Origin: Octopus vulgaris
Lineage: Eukaryota
Direction: 5' to 3'
Assembly: GCA_951406725.2 (NCBI GenBank)
Contig: OX597817.1
Span: 94,364,001 to 94,428,000, forward strand
Length of the DNA: 64,000 nt
Of the stretch, positions 37,943 through 50,855 are shown piece by piece. A model generated the notes under the pieces. The model ran no database searches and had not been told where the DNA came from. It was given only the letters and a program-made list of their open reading frames with translations. The position numbers and the translations under genes are program-made. How positions within the stretch are numbered: position 1 is the stretch's first letter; every line of letters begins with the position of its first letter.

Positions 37943-38465
37943 CTGGACTTATCCAGCGCTGTTTCCATTGATGAAAGCATTCCTGCAACTCGTTTTCTGG
38001 GATAATGAGTAGCTGGCACATCGCATTCACTTTGATTTCCTAACTTCTGGACTTATTTAATTGAAACTATCCAAACAATAGTATATCAATTTTCATGATT
38101 TAACAATTTAAACAATTTTAATCCTGAAAATCACCTGTTACTTTTGTTTTAAAGTGAAAGAAAGGAGAAAGGGAAAGATGTATGAACGTGTATATGAAAT
38201 GGTCGAGCGTGTGTGTGTGTGCGAGGGAGAGAAAGAGAGAAAGAGAGAGAGAGAGAGAGAGTGAGAGAGCCACTTACACATACATGACAATACATCCCTT
38301 CACTCACTCTCTCTTTTTTTTTCTCTCTCTCCCTTCCTCTCTCTCACACAAATATCCATTTCATATACACGTACATACATCTTTCACTTTCTCCTCTCTT
38401 TCACTTTCAAACAATAGTGAATAAATAAAAAATTGTTTAGGAAATTAACGAAATCTGGATGATGA

Positions 38466-38876
38466 ATTCATATTCAGTTAAAAATATTTCTAAATGATTA
38501 AAATATTGTGTACGTCAAAAAGTCGACGGTGTTTTCTTCATAGAGAGCGCGAAGAATATATGTGCATATATGTCATAGATAGCGGACGTGTGTTTGTGTT
38601 ATTGAAAAGTCATGACATTCATTATATATGTGTGCATTCTGTATGATGTGTGTATGTGTGTTGACGTTACGGAAGCCATGTGTTTTATTTTCTCAAGAAA
38701 TAACAGAAATTGTGTTTAATTGTTTAAATAGAGGTGCAAATGTCACAAACGTTTGTACTGCACTACCGAAGTTAAGTATGAAAATGAATATGTAAAAAAA
38801 AGATAAAATATACTATTTCTGAGATATTTCAGTAAAAAACACAAACATGCCTAAAGTAACTTTAGGCATTATCAAG

Positions 38877-38953
<77 letters not shown>

Positions 38954-40556
38954 CGTGTGTGTGTGTGTATGTGTATATATACATGCATATATATATATAC
39001 ATATATACATACATACATATATATATATATGTGTGTGTGTGTGGTTGTTTATATTTATATATACGAGGGGTATTTAAAATTAACCGGAAACGTTCTCTGT
39101 GGGACAAGCCATTTGTAGATTCTGCCGCTAGAAACCACTTGATGCAACCTCAAGACATCAGTCTTCCGACCCGCTCTTCGGTTGCAGTCGTATTATGCAG
39201 TCGTTCTTCCACGTCGTGCGTCTTTGTTTTGCAGTGCTTCTCCCTTGTTCGTCGATTCTTGCGATGGCTGAAACGAATGAACAGCGTGCTTCTGTGAAAG
39301 TCTGTCTTCTTCTGAAGAAAACGGCAGTCGAAACAGTCGTCATGCTTCAAACAGCTTGCATGCCGTTGCCATGAGCAAAACACAAGTTTACGAGTGGCTT
39401 TCACGCTTTAGGAATGGTTACTTGTCGCTTGAAGACCAACCTCGTTCAGGACCACCGTCGAACTCCCGAATTCACTAACTGATCTTGGATTACCGTCGCC
39501 GTACAATAGACGAACTTGTTGATATGACTGGTGTGTCCTCGAACTTCTGCCAATGAATTTTGAGCGAGGAATTGCAAATGAAAAGAGTTGCAGCAAAATC
39601 TGTGCCTCGTTTGCTCATGGAAGATCAAAAGCAGCCATGACTGAATGCATGTCGTGAACTGAAAAAACAGTTGAAAGTTGATCCGGACCTCCTTTTCGAA
39701 GGCCATCACTGGTGATGAAAGCTGCTGCTACAGCTACAACCTGGACTCGATGCAGTAGTCAAGTCAATAGAAGCATTCAATGTCACCACGCCCCAAAGTG
39801 GATCGCCAAGTGAAGTCCATTGTCAAGGCGATGTTGATTTATTTCATCGATGCGAAAGTAATTGTCTACACAGAATTTGTTCTTCCTGGTTAAACTGCTG
39901 ACCAGACATTTTACTTAGCAGTCCTGAAATGTTTGCGAGACAATAACGCTCCGGCCAGTGGAAAAGTGGAGAGTGGTGGTTTCATCACAATGCACCTGCG
40001 TACACCGTCTTGAGTGTGAGACAGATTTTGACGAAAAATGGCATGACCCAGCTTACCTACCCTCTCTATTCACCCAGTCTTGCTCACTGCGACTTCTTTT
40101 TGTACCCCTGAATGAAAAAACCCTGAAAGGATAAGGTTTTGCATATATGGAAGAGATGAAGAAAAAAAATGACGGAGGCGTTAAAAGGCATCGCTTCGCA
40201 AGCGTTCCAGGACTGCTTCGGACATTGGAAAACGCATCTGGACCGATGCATTGCTTGAAATGGAGAATACTATGAAGGCGATAAAAGTGTAAACATGTAA
40301 CAGTAAATAAAATAACATTGCAAAGTTCCAGTTTCTATAGGGTACCCCCTCATATATGTATGTATATATTCATATTCAGTTAAAAATATTTCTAAATGAT
40401 TAAAATATTGTGTACGTCAAAAAGTCGACGGTGTTTTCTTCATAGAGAGCGCGAAGAATATGTGTGCATATATGTCATAGATAGCGGACGTGTGTTTGTG
40501 TTATTGAAAAGCCATGACATTCATTATATATATGTGTATTCAGTATGATGTGTGTA
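38466..40556 (+). repeat. ~190 bp direct duplication (38466-38655 and 40368-40556)
   Basis: ATTCATATTCAGTTAAAAATATTTC...GTATGATGTGTGTA present twice with few differences. Confidence 0.9.
39064..40352 (+). mobile_element. Full-length decayed mariner (second family)
   Basis: Imperfect TIRs CGAGGGGTA...CCGGAA / TTCCAG...TACCCCCTCA with TA flanks. [43 protein letters not shown]; many stops and frameshifts. Confidence 0.9.
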
Positions 40557-41076
40557 AAGAATGCACATATATATATAGACGTTTTAGATGTGTGCGTGTG
40601 TGCGGGCATAAGAATGAACATATATATATAGACGATTTTACTTAGCATTTTTTCTTTTTTTTTTGGGTGGGGACATATGTATATTCATTTTTTGTATATG
40701 CGTGTGTATGTATGCGTATATAAATATGTGCGGGTATGTACATATGGGCATGTGTGTGTATGAGTGCATAGGGGTATGTCCGTATATGAACATGGTTTTA
40801 AGATTTTTATACTTCCTTATGTTTTTTTCTGTTACCTTTAACCATGGTTTTTCTTGTGCTTGTGCGTATATAGACGTGTGTATGAACTTTTACGGTACGC
40901 ATGTGTGTGTATATGAGTTTGTATATATATGCGTATATATTTGGCGAAAATGCGAGTGAAGATGTGTACGTTTTCATAGTGACGTATAAGTATGCACGTG
41001 GGTTCGCGAGCAGAATTATAACACAGTAATTTCCCTTTATATAACGGTATTTTTTCATAGCGTTTTTCAGATGCCC

Positions 41077-41133
41077 AGATTACCGAATGGTGTTGTGGAT
41101 TTCCACTTCGGCATCTGAAACTCAGTTTTATCT
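41077..41133 (+). ncRNA. Decayed copy of the pLTR hammerhead (two small deletions)
   Basis: Aligns to 44142-44204 but lacks GAGA after CCGAA and AG in helix III. Confidence 0.6.
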
Positions 41134-41342
41134 TGACTATTGAGTAAATGTAACATATTATTTTATAGATAAATTTCCTCTATTTACATAATATTGAGGT
41201 CTCTTTCTTTCTTTTGTTATCTTACCGTTTTTGCCAATAAGTTACCTCCCGGACGACGCTATTCTTCACTAAGAGCTAATACAGCTTTTTTGGATTATCG
41301 CCTAACATCGGCTGAGGACTCTTACACACAGGAGAATTTAAT

Positions 41343-43459
41343 ATGGACGCATATTACATAGATTATTCTATGAAAAATATACCAATCCCATCAAGGGAAC
41401 TTTATTCAAAGAAACTTTTAGAGAAAATTACTGATCTAATTAAGCGCATGAGATGGAAAGCTTTCTTTTTTAATACAGAAGTGGACACCATGGAAAATAC
41501 TTTCTATCGTATAAAATCTAAAAAAATTCCCTCCCAAGATTAAAGGCTTGGAAGATTTCGAAGCGGACCTACTGAAAATTATGAATAAAATAAAATTTCG
41601 TAAGTCTTTTAACAATTTCCAACATAAATTGAAAAAAGATATAAAACATATAAAAAGCTCCAAGAAAAAAGCACTTTTTTTGGATAATACCAAGAACTTA
41701 TACCTGATAGATAACAGCATATATACACAACAGCATCATTAATAATTACACTAAGGCTAGGCCAGACATATAATGACATTAATAAAGAAGCTAGCGTTAT
41801 CGCCGCTAAACTTAAATTAGATAAAAAAATAGAAGTCCTTCCCCAAAAAGAGGCCTTTATTACAATTAAATACCAGAAAGAGAACTTCCTTTCCAACCCT
41901 AAATGTAGGCTTATCAACCCAGCTAAGTCAGAACTTGAGATTATTAGTAAAGAAATTTTAGATAAAATAAATACGAAAATTAAGACCGCTACTAGGCTAG
42001 TACAATGGTCCAATAGTATAGAAGTCGTAGACTGGTTTAAAGTCATTAAGAATAAGAAAAAAGCGAGGTTTACACAATTCGATATTGTTGATTTTTATGC
42101 CTCTATCTCTAAAGAACTGCTAGATAAAGCCCTCGTCTTCGCTAGCGATTTCATAGAAATCAGTACAAATGATAAGGACATAATCTTCCATGCTAGAAAG
42201 ACCTTACTTTTCAGTGAGAACGCAAAGTGGGTCAAAAATACCGACACAGATGGTGCTTTCGATGTGAGCATGGGGTCATATGCTGGAGCAGGCATTTGCG
42301 ATCTTATTGGATTTTTTCTCCTAGATACTTTAGGTAAGACATTTCCTGGCGTATATTTCGCCATCTACAAAGATGATGCCCTCGCTTTAACCGCTAATAC
42401 AAATGGACCAGCACAGGATCGTTTTAGGAAGGATATTATCCAATTAATGAAATACTTCGGACTTAGTATAACTATAGATACTAACCTAACAGTTGTCAAT
42501 TTCCTAGACGTTTCTTTAGATCTAAATAAGAATATTTATAAGCCTTATAAGGAAGCCCAATGATAGACTTAGTTATATTAATGTAGGTTCATGCCATCCC
42601 CCTATAGTATTCAAAAATTTAGTTAAAAATATTAGTAAGAGAATTTGTAGCCTCTCCTCCGATAAGGACATTTTTAATAGCGTTGCCCCAGTTTATAATA
42701 AGGCTTTAAAAGATAGTGGTTTTAGCGAAAAAGTAAAATATACACCTGTTACTAGCCCAACAGTAAAGAAGAGGAAAAATAGAAATAGGAAGATCAACTG
42801 GTTTACACCCTCTTACTCACCCGAGGTGGCCTTCAATATAGGTAAATATTACTTAACACTGATAGGTAGACATTTTCCAGTTAACCATACTTATAGGAAA
42901 CTCTTCAATAAACACAATTTAAAAATTAGTTTTAGTTCTACTACCAATTTTAAAAATATAATCACACATAACACACAAAAACCACAACAAGAAAACAGCT
43001 GTTCATGCAGGAATAAAAAAATTGTGCCCGCTAAATGGAGCTTGCATGTCCGAGACCATCATCTATGAAGCTACCGTGGACTCTATAATCACTAAAGACA
43101 CTGTTTCGACGAAGAAATACGTGGGCCTTACAGAGGGTAATTTCAAGGCCAGGTTCAATAACCACACCTTGAGTTTTAGGCACTGGAAGAAAAGAAATGC
43201 GACAAAATTATCTAATCATATTTGGTCTTTAAAAGATAAAGGTGTCGATTATAACATCCATTGGAAGATTTTGGCCAAATGTAAGCCCTACACCAACGGC
43301 AGCGGAAGGTGCGGTCTATGCGACATGGAGAGATGGCTTATCTGGAAAAGCAGCTTAGACCCTACTACATGTCTAAACTCAAGGACAGAACTTTTCGGAT
43401 CATGCCCACATGTGACTAAATTTTTGTTACGTTTTTGGTCCCCTAAAGAAAACAGATAG
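41343..43459 (+). pseudogene. PLE reverse transcriptase / GIY-YIG endonuclease pseudogene (Naiad-like)
   Basis: YSMKNIPIP...LIKRMRWKAFFF, CRLINPAKS, QFDIVDFY.SI, MGSY.GA.ICDL.G, IYKDDAL, NFLDVSLDL, CSCR...CPLNG.C, IIY...KYVGLTEG.FK.RF.NH, CGLC..E...LN.R.EL...CPH. Several stops and frameshifts. Clade assignment is from recalled motif style, not a search. Confidence 0.88.
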
Positions 43460-44141
43460 AAATTGCTTTCTATATTATGTCCCAAAAAGTTTTTTTATCT
43501 CATTATACCTTTTATTATTTCATATATATTTTTTTATTTTCACACAATTTTTTCTGTACTTTTCTATCCTGCATTTTTTACTGTGCCTATATAGATGTGT
43601 ATATAGATTCATTTGTACACGTGTGAATATGTATGAGTGGGCAGTTTTAGATGTGTGCGTGTGTGCGGGCATAAGAATGCACATATATATATAGACGTTT
43701 TTACTTAGTATTTTTTCTTTTTTTTTTGGGGGGGGGGACATATGTATATTCATTTTTTGTATATGCGTGTGTATGTATGCGTATATAAATATGTGCGGGT
43801 ATGTACATATGGGCGTGTGTGTGTATGAGTGCATAGGGGTATGTCCGTATATGAATGTGGTTTTAAGATTTTTATACTTCCTTATGTTTTTTTCTGTTAC
43901 CTTTAACCATGGTTTTTCTTGTGCTTGTGCGTATATAGACGTATGTATGAACTTTTACGGTACGCATGTGTGTGTATATGAGTTTGTATATATATGCGTA
44001 TATAGTTGGCGAAAAATGCGAGTGAAAATGTGTACGTTTTCATAGTGACGTATAAGTACGCACGTGGGTCGCGAGCAGAATTATAACACAGTAATTTCCC
44101 TTTATATAACGGTATTTTTTCATACCGTTTTTCAGATGGCC

Positions 44142-44204
44142 AGATAACCGAAGAGATGGTGTTGTTGATTTCCACTTCGGCATCTGAAACTCAGAGTTTT
44201 ATCT
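44142..44204 (+). ncRNA. Type I hammerhead motif in the PLE pLTR, CCGAAGA core variant
   Basis: AGAUAA-CCGAAGA-GAUG-[22 nt]-CAUC-u-GAAA-CUC-a-GAG-UU-UUAUCU. Confidence 0.72.
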
Positions 44205-44479
44205 TGACTATTGAGTAAATGTAACATATTATTTTATTGATAAATGTCCTCTATTTACATAATATTGAGGTCTCTTTCTTTCTTTTGTTATCTTACCGTT
44301 TTTGCCAATAATTAAGGGTTTAGCAACAAGTTGCTTCACCACATACCGAAAATTTTAGAAATACCAGCCAAAAGATTGCTATTTCTTTTTTCTACAAAAT
44401 ATGTCTCCGCAGATAACAATATTTGTAACTCACATAGGCAAAAAGAAAGAAAATAATGAAATCAAACAGTCTTCGATTA

Positions 44480-44537
44480 ATTATGGACGCGCTTCTGGAT
44501 TAGAATTATAAAAATTCCTTTCCGTCATCAACATAAT
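44480..44537 (-). ncRNA. F1 hammerhead motif (UUGAUGA core; GAAA mutated to GAAG)
   Basis: Minus: AUUAUG-UUGAUGA-CGGA...UCCA-GAAG-CGCG-UC-CAUAAU. Confidence 0.65.
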
Positions 44538-44715
44538 ATTTCGAGAATTATAAATTTGAAAATTATAAATTTGAAAATGCTAAGAAAACTACTTGGTAAA
44601 ATTTGTTAATATAAGTTTGGATATGCTGATTAGCTTGTGTATGTTCTGATGGCGCATGCTCAGAAATACAAGAGGTAAGTTTTCCTAGCGTTTTCAAATT
44701 TATAATTCTCGAAAT

Positions 44716-44773
44716 ATTATGTTGATGACAGAAATGAATTTTTATAATTCTGATCCAGAAACGCGTCCATAAT
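44716..44773 (+). ncRNA. F1 hammerhead motif (UUGAUGA core)
   Basis: AUUAUG-UUGAUGA-[29 nt stem-loop]-GAAA-CGCG-UC-CAUAAU; 6 bp helix I, palindromic ACGCGU helix III, GUC triplet. Confidence 0.8.
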
Positions 44774-45083
44774 TAATCGAAGACTGTTTGATTTCATTAT
44801 TTTCCGCCTTTTTGCCTATGTGAGTTCCAAATATTGTTATCTGTGGAGACATATTTTGTAGAAAAAAGAAATAGCGGTCTTTTGGCTGCTATTTCTAAAA
44901 TGTTCGGTATGTGGTGAAGCAACTTGTTACTAAACCCTTAATAATTGTTATAATTATATATATATATATAAAAACTTCTTTATATAGGGTTATACCGAAT
45001 ATGGTTCTTTTCCATACCGAAAACTACTTGGTAAAATTTGTTAATTTATTAAAGTAATAATTTTTTACTCTATATCTGTAATG

Positions 45084-45183
<100 letters not shown>

Positions 45184-45285
45184 TTTAAGCAGCAGAAAAA
45201 TCGCTTAAAATAAAGCATATTACTCTACCACTGGTATTTGAGTACTCTTTTTTCCACCTTGTTTCACATTTATGTGTTTACTCCG

Positions 45286-45330
<45 letters not shown>

Positions 45331-45438
45331 GTTAATCCAAACAAGAAAACACAGAAAAAAAGAGAAAAAAAAAACACAGCAACGCAGGACGTGGAACAAT
45401 TAAAGTATTATTGACGCTCAGGAAAGAAGGGAAGGAGG

Positions 45439-45474
45439 GTTTAACGTTTCGAGCGGAGGATCTTCGTCGGAAAC
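45439..45474 (-). ncRNA. Minimal hammerhead motif, CCGACGA core variant, in a (TA)n-anchored PLE-like terminal fragment (~45329-45900)
   Basis: Minus: GUUU-CCGACGA-a-GAUC-cucc-GCUC-GAAA-CG-UU-AAAC; palindromic AACGUU. Confidence 0.65.
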
Positions 45475-45903
45475 AAGGAGAAGGAAAGATCCCAAGACGG
45501 GAAGACAGAGGAAAAAATATTTGAGCTGGTGGTGCTCAAGAGATCACATGTTGAAAGAACAGAAGTTGAGGTAGTCAAATCCTGGTTTTTAAAAGCAAGA
45601 GATTTTCAAAAAAGGAATGCGTGTGTGTGTTAGTGTGTGTGCAAGGATGACAAGTGTGTTTGTGCTTGCGTGTGTATGTGTGTGTGTATTTTTGGTGAAT
45701 AATAAGCAATGACAAAGTCAGCTGTCATAAGGCACTCCTTTATGACTACTAGCTGTTTGTATCAAGCCAGGTCAAAGCCAGGTCAAAAAACAAAGGGCTA
45801 TATGTATCATGTGTGTGTGTTGTTTGTAGTGTGTGTGTGTGTGCGTGTGTGTGTTCGTGTGTGTATGCGTAGAGTGTGGGTGTGTGGCGAGTAACTGCTT
45901 AAC

Positions 45904-46725
45904 CTAGTGCGTGTGTGCGTGTGTGCTTGTACGTGCGTGCGTGTGTGTGCGTAGGGATGTATGTGTGGGTTCAATTGTGTGAGAGTGTATGTATGTACGT
46001 GTATGTGTGTGCGTGTATGTGTGCGTTTGCATGTGTTTGTGTGTATGTGTGCGTGCGTGGATAGGTGTATATTGTGTATGTATATCTGTCGGTGTGTATG
46101 TGAGTTTGTGTGTGTTTGTACGTGTGTATGTGTGTGTGAGTGTATAGTATATATATATGTAAATGTGTGTGTGTGTGTGCGTGTGTGTACGTGCGTGCGA
46201 GTGAATGTATGTATATATGTGTGCGTGTGTGTACAATGTAGAGGCTTATATGTGTGTTTATATGTTTATATGTGTGTGTGTGTATGTATGTGCGTATGTG
46301 TGTGTATGTGTACGTATGTATATGTATGCGTGTGTGTATGTATGTATGTGTGTATGTGTGTGTGTATGTGTGTATGTATGCGTGTGTGTATGTATGTATG
46401 TGTGTATGTGTGTGTGTATGTGTGTATGTATGTATGTATGTATGTGTGTATGTATGTGTGTGTATGTATGTATGTACGTACGTATGTATGTATGTGTGTG
46501 TGTATGTGTGTAAGTGTGTGTGTATGTATGTATGTATGTACGTATGTGCGTATGTATGTATTTTTGCATGCGTGTATGTGTGTATGTGCGTGTGTGTACA
46601 TATGTATGTATATGTATGTGTGTGTATGTATGTATGTATCTATGTATGTAGTGTATGTATGTGTGTGTGTATGTATGTATGTGTGCATGCGTGTATGTGT
46701 GTATGTGTGTGTGTATGTATGTATG

Positions 46726-46770
<45 letters not shown>

Positions 46771-48115
46771 GTATGTATGTGCGTATGTATGTATGTATGT
46801 ATGTGTGTGTATGTGTGTGTATGTGTGTGTATGTATGTATGTATGTGTGTGTATGTATGTGTGCATGTGTGTAAGTTTGTGTGTGTGTATGTATGTATGT
46901 ATGTATGTACGTGTGTGTGTATGTATGTATCTATGTATGTATGTGTGTATGTATGTGTGTATATATATATGTATGTCTGTGTGTATGTGTGTGTATGTAT
47001 ATGTATGCGTGTGTGTATGTATGTGTGTGTGTATGTGTGTAGTGTGTGTTCATGTGTGTATGTATGTGTGTAGGTGTGTATGTATGTGTGTGTATGTATG
47101 TGTGTGTATGTATGTATGTACGGGTGTATGTGTGTAAGTGTGTGTGTGTATGTGTATGTGTATGTATGTATATGTACGCGTGTGTGTATGTATGTATGTG
47201 TGTATAGTATGTATGTGTGTGTATGTATGTATGTGTTCATGCGTGTATGTGTGCATGTGTGTGTCTGTATGTATGTATGTATATGTATGTGTGTGTGTAT
47301 GTATATATGTGTCTATGTATGTATGTGTGTATGTATGTGTGTATGTGTGTGTGTATGTATGTGTGTGTGTATGTATGTATGTATGTATGTATGTGTGTGT
47401 GTGTATGTATGTGCGTATGTATGTGTGTGTGTATGTATGGGTATATATGTTTGTATGTGTGCATGCGTGTATGTGTGTATGTGCGTGTGTGAACGTATGT
47501 GTGTATATAGGTATGTGTGTGTATGTATGTATATGCATGTGTGTGTATGTGTGTATGCATCTATGTATGTGTGTATGTGTGTGTATGTATGTGTGTATTC
47601 GTGTATGTGTGTATGTGTGTTTGTATGTATGTATGTATATGTATGTGTGTATGTATGTGTATGTGTGTGTGTATGTGTGTATGTATGTATGTATGTGTGT
47701 ATGTATGTATGTATGTATGTATGTATGTATGTATGTGTGTACGTGTGTGTATGTATGCATGTATGTATTTGTGTGTATGTATGTATGTGTGCGTGCGTGT
47801 GTGTGTGTGGGTATGTGTGTGTGTTTGTATGTGTGTATGTATATGTATGTGTGTGTATGTATGTATGTATGTATGTATGTGTGTATGTATGTGTGTGTGT
47901 GAATGTATGTATGTGTGCATATGTGTATGTGTGTGTATGTATGTGTGTATGTATGTATGTGTGTGTATGTATGTGTGTGTGTGTGTGGTGTGTTGGGAGT
48001 AGGTGTGTTCGTGGGTAAGTGAGTATGTGTGTGTGTGTGACTACATAAGGACAATTACATACATATATATATACATACATATATATATATGTATGTATAT
48101 ATATATATATGTATG

Positions 48116-48208
<93 letters not shown>
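45904..48208. repeat. ~2.3 kb degenerate (TG)/(TATG)/(TA) low-complexity array
   Basis: Directly visible; source of many 100-370 aa artefact ORFs. Confidence 0.97.
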
Positions 48209-48210
<2 letters not shown>

Positions 48211-48431
48211 TTACAGATATAGAGTAAAAAATTATTAATTTAATAAATTAACAAATTTTACCAAGTGGTTTTCGGTATGGAAAAGAACCATATTCGGTAC
48301 AACCCTATATAAAGAAGTTTCTTTTTATATATAATTATAACAATAATTAAGGGTTTAGCAACAAGTTGCTTCACCACATACCGAAAATTTTAGAAATAGC
48401 AGCCAAAAGACCGCTATTTCTTTTTTCTACA
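48209..48431 (-). mobile_element. F1 fragment flanked by (TA)n, truncated before the ribozyme
   Basis: Reverse complement of ~44857-45084. Strand is given in the ribozyme sense. Confidence 0.85.
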
Positions 48432-48475
48432 ATATATATATATATAGTTCCCTTTCGTCGCGACCTGGTGGTTAC

Positions 48476-48518
48476 CGCCCGTTGACAAGGGACAAAAATC
48501 CCGAAACTAGTCTGAGCG
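48476..48518 (+). ncRNA. Minimal type I hammerhead with U3-A8 covariant core
   Basis: CGCCCG-UUGACAA-GGGA-caaaaa-UCCC-GAAA-CUAG-UC-UGAGCG; helix I has one mismatch and one G-U pair. Confidence 0.78.
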
Positions 48519-48989
48519 TATCACTCAGGCTTGCGAGGAGGGGATGGCCTCCCTTTGCAAATACTTCAAGGGCACTGAAATTGTGTCTAAAGCCAGCTGG
48601 AGACGACGATCTCTTGGGGGTATAAAGCTACAGTAACACCCCCTCCCCTATGTGGTTAGCCATGTCAAGATGGCTTCTATACTTTACATACATATATATA
48701 TATATATATTGATTGCATTAGCCATTCAGTAACACGCAAAGACCGTCAACTTCACTAAACATTTAATTGTAATATGGCGACAATATTTTCTCCGCACAAA
48801 ACTGCGACCTGTTCATTATCAAAAAAATTCGACAGCATCTCTCTAGTCAATGAATATGTGCACATAGTGCTATCACATTAGTTTTAGCATACTTGCTATG
48901 TAAGTATATCTCTCACACACACACACACTCACACACACACACACACACACGCATGTAGGTCTTTATAACCTAGCAAAAATATTCTAAAA

Positions 48990-49800
48990 GTATGTCATAT
49001 ATAGGGTCTGCCCTTATGCCCAGTGTTATTAAAGCAGTGAGCAGTAAGTTGTTCATAAACATCAATCCTGACAGCAGTTGGTTTGATGTGTCATATTGAG
49101 GTTACACATAAGTTACACTGTGTGTGCTAATGCTTCTCTGTTTCATTTACGTGCCTGTTTCTCATCAAAAGACGAACTTCGGTAAAAGAACTTCACATAT
49201 AATGTAGATTATAACAGTAAGGGAGATCATCACCATTCTGTTTACGGATAATATTCCTTCTTTACCTAGCACGCGTCTTCTTACATCTGGCATATGGTAC
49301 TCTGTCGATCAGTTAAGGCTCGTATGACTACGAGGTGAAAGTGGAGTAGAAACTGCACAAACTTGCTCCTTTCAAAACAATTATTTAGTACAGATTGTCC
49401 AGTAACAACATTTCTGTTTTCATCCTCACAGAAATAACCTGAAAATGCATCGATATAAAATACATTCCATATATTTGATTCTGACTTATACATTAATTTC
49501 ATTTAATTTTTTGTTGAAGATACTTTAAAGGAATGGTTTCAAAGAGAATGAAATATGAGAAGCTATAGTATAAACTGTTTTCATATTTCATCGACTTCAA
49601 AAGAATAAAAATTATAATTCCTTTGAAGATTTCTCTAACTGTTATTTTATTCAATCACTGGTGGGTCTAAGATGTCTAATATGATAGCGATCCATAGATA
49701 TATTAGAAATTACTCAAAGAAATATTTTCCGGAGTGTATGGTCCGCAGTTTAGTAACTTTTGTTCATATGTGACTAATATCACCAACAAAATTCTCTGAA
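48990..49800 (-). mobile_element. Ancient piggyBac-type transposase remnant
   Basis: Minus translation ...VLNNCFERSKFVQFLLHFHL (like MSRNRF..IL..LHF) and MFMNN...L..LGIRA (like FDNFFTS..L...GI.A). Confidence 0.4.
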
Positions 49801-50041
49801 ATTCTTTTCGTTATTCTAGCACAGAACTACGTGATAAAAAATTATGCAAATAACAAATATAATTGGATAATTTATCTAGGTATGCATGCATGTATGTATG
49901 TATGTATGTATGTATGTATGTATGTATGTATGTATGTATGTATGTATGTATGTATGAATGTATGTATATGTGTGTGTGTGCCTTTGTGTGAGTAACGTAC
50001 ATACACACACATATCTCTCTCTATATATATTTAAATAAAGT

Positions 50042-50161
50042 TAGTTATGGCTCGTTCATAGGGTTACCCAAGGTTTCGCTTGCATTTACATACGAGGTAT
50101 GTAAAACCAAGTGCTTTATAGACGCGAAACCCTAGGTAACTCTATGAATCGGCCTTAACTA
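50042..50161. repeat. Fold-back inverted repeat, ~38 bp arms
   Basis: TAGTTATGGCTCGTTCATAGGGTTACCCAAGGTTTCGC versus GCGAAACCCTAGGTAACTCTATGAATCGGCCTTAACTA. Confidence 0.75.
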
Positions 50162-50233
50162 TATGTCTCTAAATTCACTACTGCTCTATAAATTAGTGTG
50201 CTTATCTTATGTATCTATGATTTACTGATGATG

Positions 50234-50283
<50 letters not shown>

Positions 50284-50385
50284 GGAAAGACATATATATA
50301 CATGTATATATATATACACACACACACACATATATATTATATATATGTATATGTATATATATATGTATATATATATATGTATATG

Positions 50386-50465
<80 letters not shown>

Positions 50466-50855
50466 AATTATTAGAGAATTACCACTATGTGGATAGCTCT
50501 AGTGCTAAAAATAGCTCTGATAGTATAGCCACAGAAAAAATGTTTCCACTTAGAAATAACATTACATTTAACGGAAGGAAAGTGAAATACAACGAATAAA
50601 TAGATTGACCCTGAACAATTGTTTCATTACTAATGTAATATGTAATTTTACTTACATAAACATCTATAAATCATCAGCAGAGGTTTGTCTTAAATACAAT
50701 TTATTAGACCAACACGAGCATCAAATACACGTGCGGTTTAACCAATTGCATTTTTAGTTATGCCTCAAAATTCCCCGCGAAGAGTATGCTAAGACTCATT
50801 GGAAACGTATGCCGCATCAAATAAAATATTTACTGCCGCATAATTAAATTTATAC

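Larger units (their letters stand above)
40557..44311 (+). mobile_element. Penelope-like retroelement (Naiad-like) with direct pLTRs (40557-41240 and 43644-44311)
   Basis: ~670 bp near-identical direct repeats flank an RT plus GIY-YIG reading frame; the pLTR carries an HHR motif. Confidence 0.9.

Noticed and set aside
41343-43459. Possible selenocysteine (UGA) recoding, as described for some Naiad PLEs
   Set aside because: The conserved cysteines I checked are TGT/TGC; the stops look like ordinary decay, and I could not identify a SECIS.
45904-48227. Long ORFs (up to 370 aa) rich in C/V/Y/M or H/T/I, also at 742-1428, 7685-8212 and elsewhere
   Set aside because: Translations of microsatellites that lack stop codons; no coding signal.
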